DNA of 59,302 nucleotides from a virus: IMG/VR virus record IMGVR_UViG_3300031416_000008, positions 1 to 59,302 of that record; one strand, 5' to 3'. Shown piece by piece: positions 59,176 to 59,302 of this stretch (position 1 is its first letter; each line of letters starts with the position of its first letter). The notes under the pieces were generated by a model. It saw only the letters and a program-made list of their open reading frames with translations, ran no database searches and was not told where the DNA came from. The position numbers and the translations under genes were made by a program.

Positions 59176-59302
59176 GTGGCGGGGGATCAAACGGGGCACT
59201 CGTCGTCGGGGTCGTCTGGGGCGGGGAGCGAATACCGAGATGCAGGCCTGTAAGGGCGATTGATTTGCATCGCCGTTTGTTCGTCAGTGAGCGTGTAGGA
59301 AA
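59176..59302. repeat. Second copy of the terminal overlap (identical to 1..127)
   Basis: Exact identity to the window start. Confidence 0.9.

Overview
The first 127 nt are repeated exactly as the last 127 nt, so the window is a closed circle of 59,175 bp. It reads as a complete temperate phage-plasmid, probably from an alphaproteobacterium (Rhizobiales-like). That host call is an inference from the repABC-type RepA/RepB proteins, the GTTnnCnGCnGnnAAC parS palindromes, a GapR/DUF2312 gene and a GH108 endolysin. Two divergent arms leave a CI-type switch at about 8.7-9.6 kb. The + arm (9.5-49.2 kb) carries late genes: small and large terminase, portal, scaffold, an N4-gp56-like major capsid, head-tail and tail genes, a 5042-aa polyvalent virion protein and a lysis cassette. 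Accessory genes (morons) are interspersed: a CsrA-like gene, a Phd/PemK-like toxin-antitoxin (TA) pair, a GT25 glycosyltransferase, a VRR-NUC nuclease and a GNAT acetyltransferase. The - arm runs 8.7 kb to 1, wraps to 59.2 kb and continues to 49.3 kb. It carries early and maintenance genes: a DNA methyltransferase, a PD-(D/E)xK nuclease, a tyrosine recombinase, an XRE regulator, a DnaB-N-domain protein, an Arr-like ADP-ribosyltransferase, an HNH endonuclease, many small ORFs, a parS array, repA-repB and a winged-helix gene where repC would normally sit. The most interesting signals are these. (1) A 13-nt box, GCGCATGAYGTGC, occurs five times upstream of late genes, and each copy can base-pair with that gene's start codon; one copy carries a compensatory double substitution. 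(2) A CsrA-like gene is translationally coupled to the scaffold gene. (3) The 15.1-kb polyvalent gene contains a +1-frame 105-codon ORF with its own SD and ATG, and that ORF has better codon bias and a more protein-like sequence than the annotated frame. (4) A 20-bp dyad operator family is shared between the immunity switch and the leader of the repC-position gene. (5) A repAB cassette lacks repC but has a counter-transcript-like terminator. I saw no tRNA, rRNA, CRISPR array or transposon.
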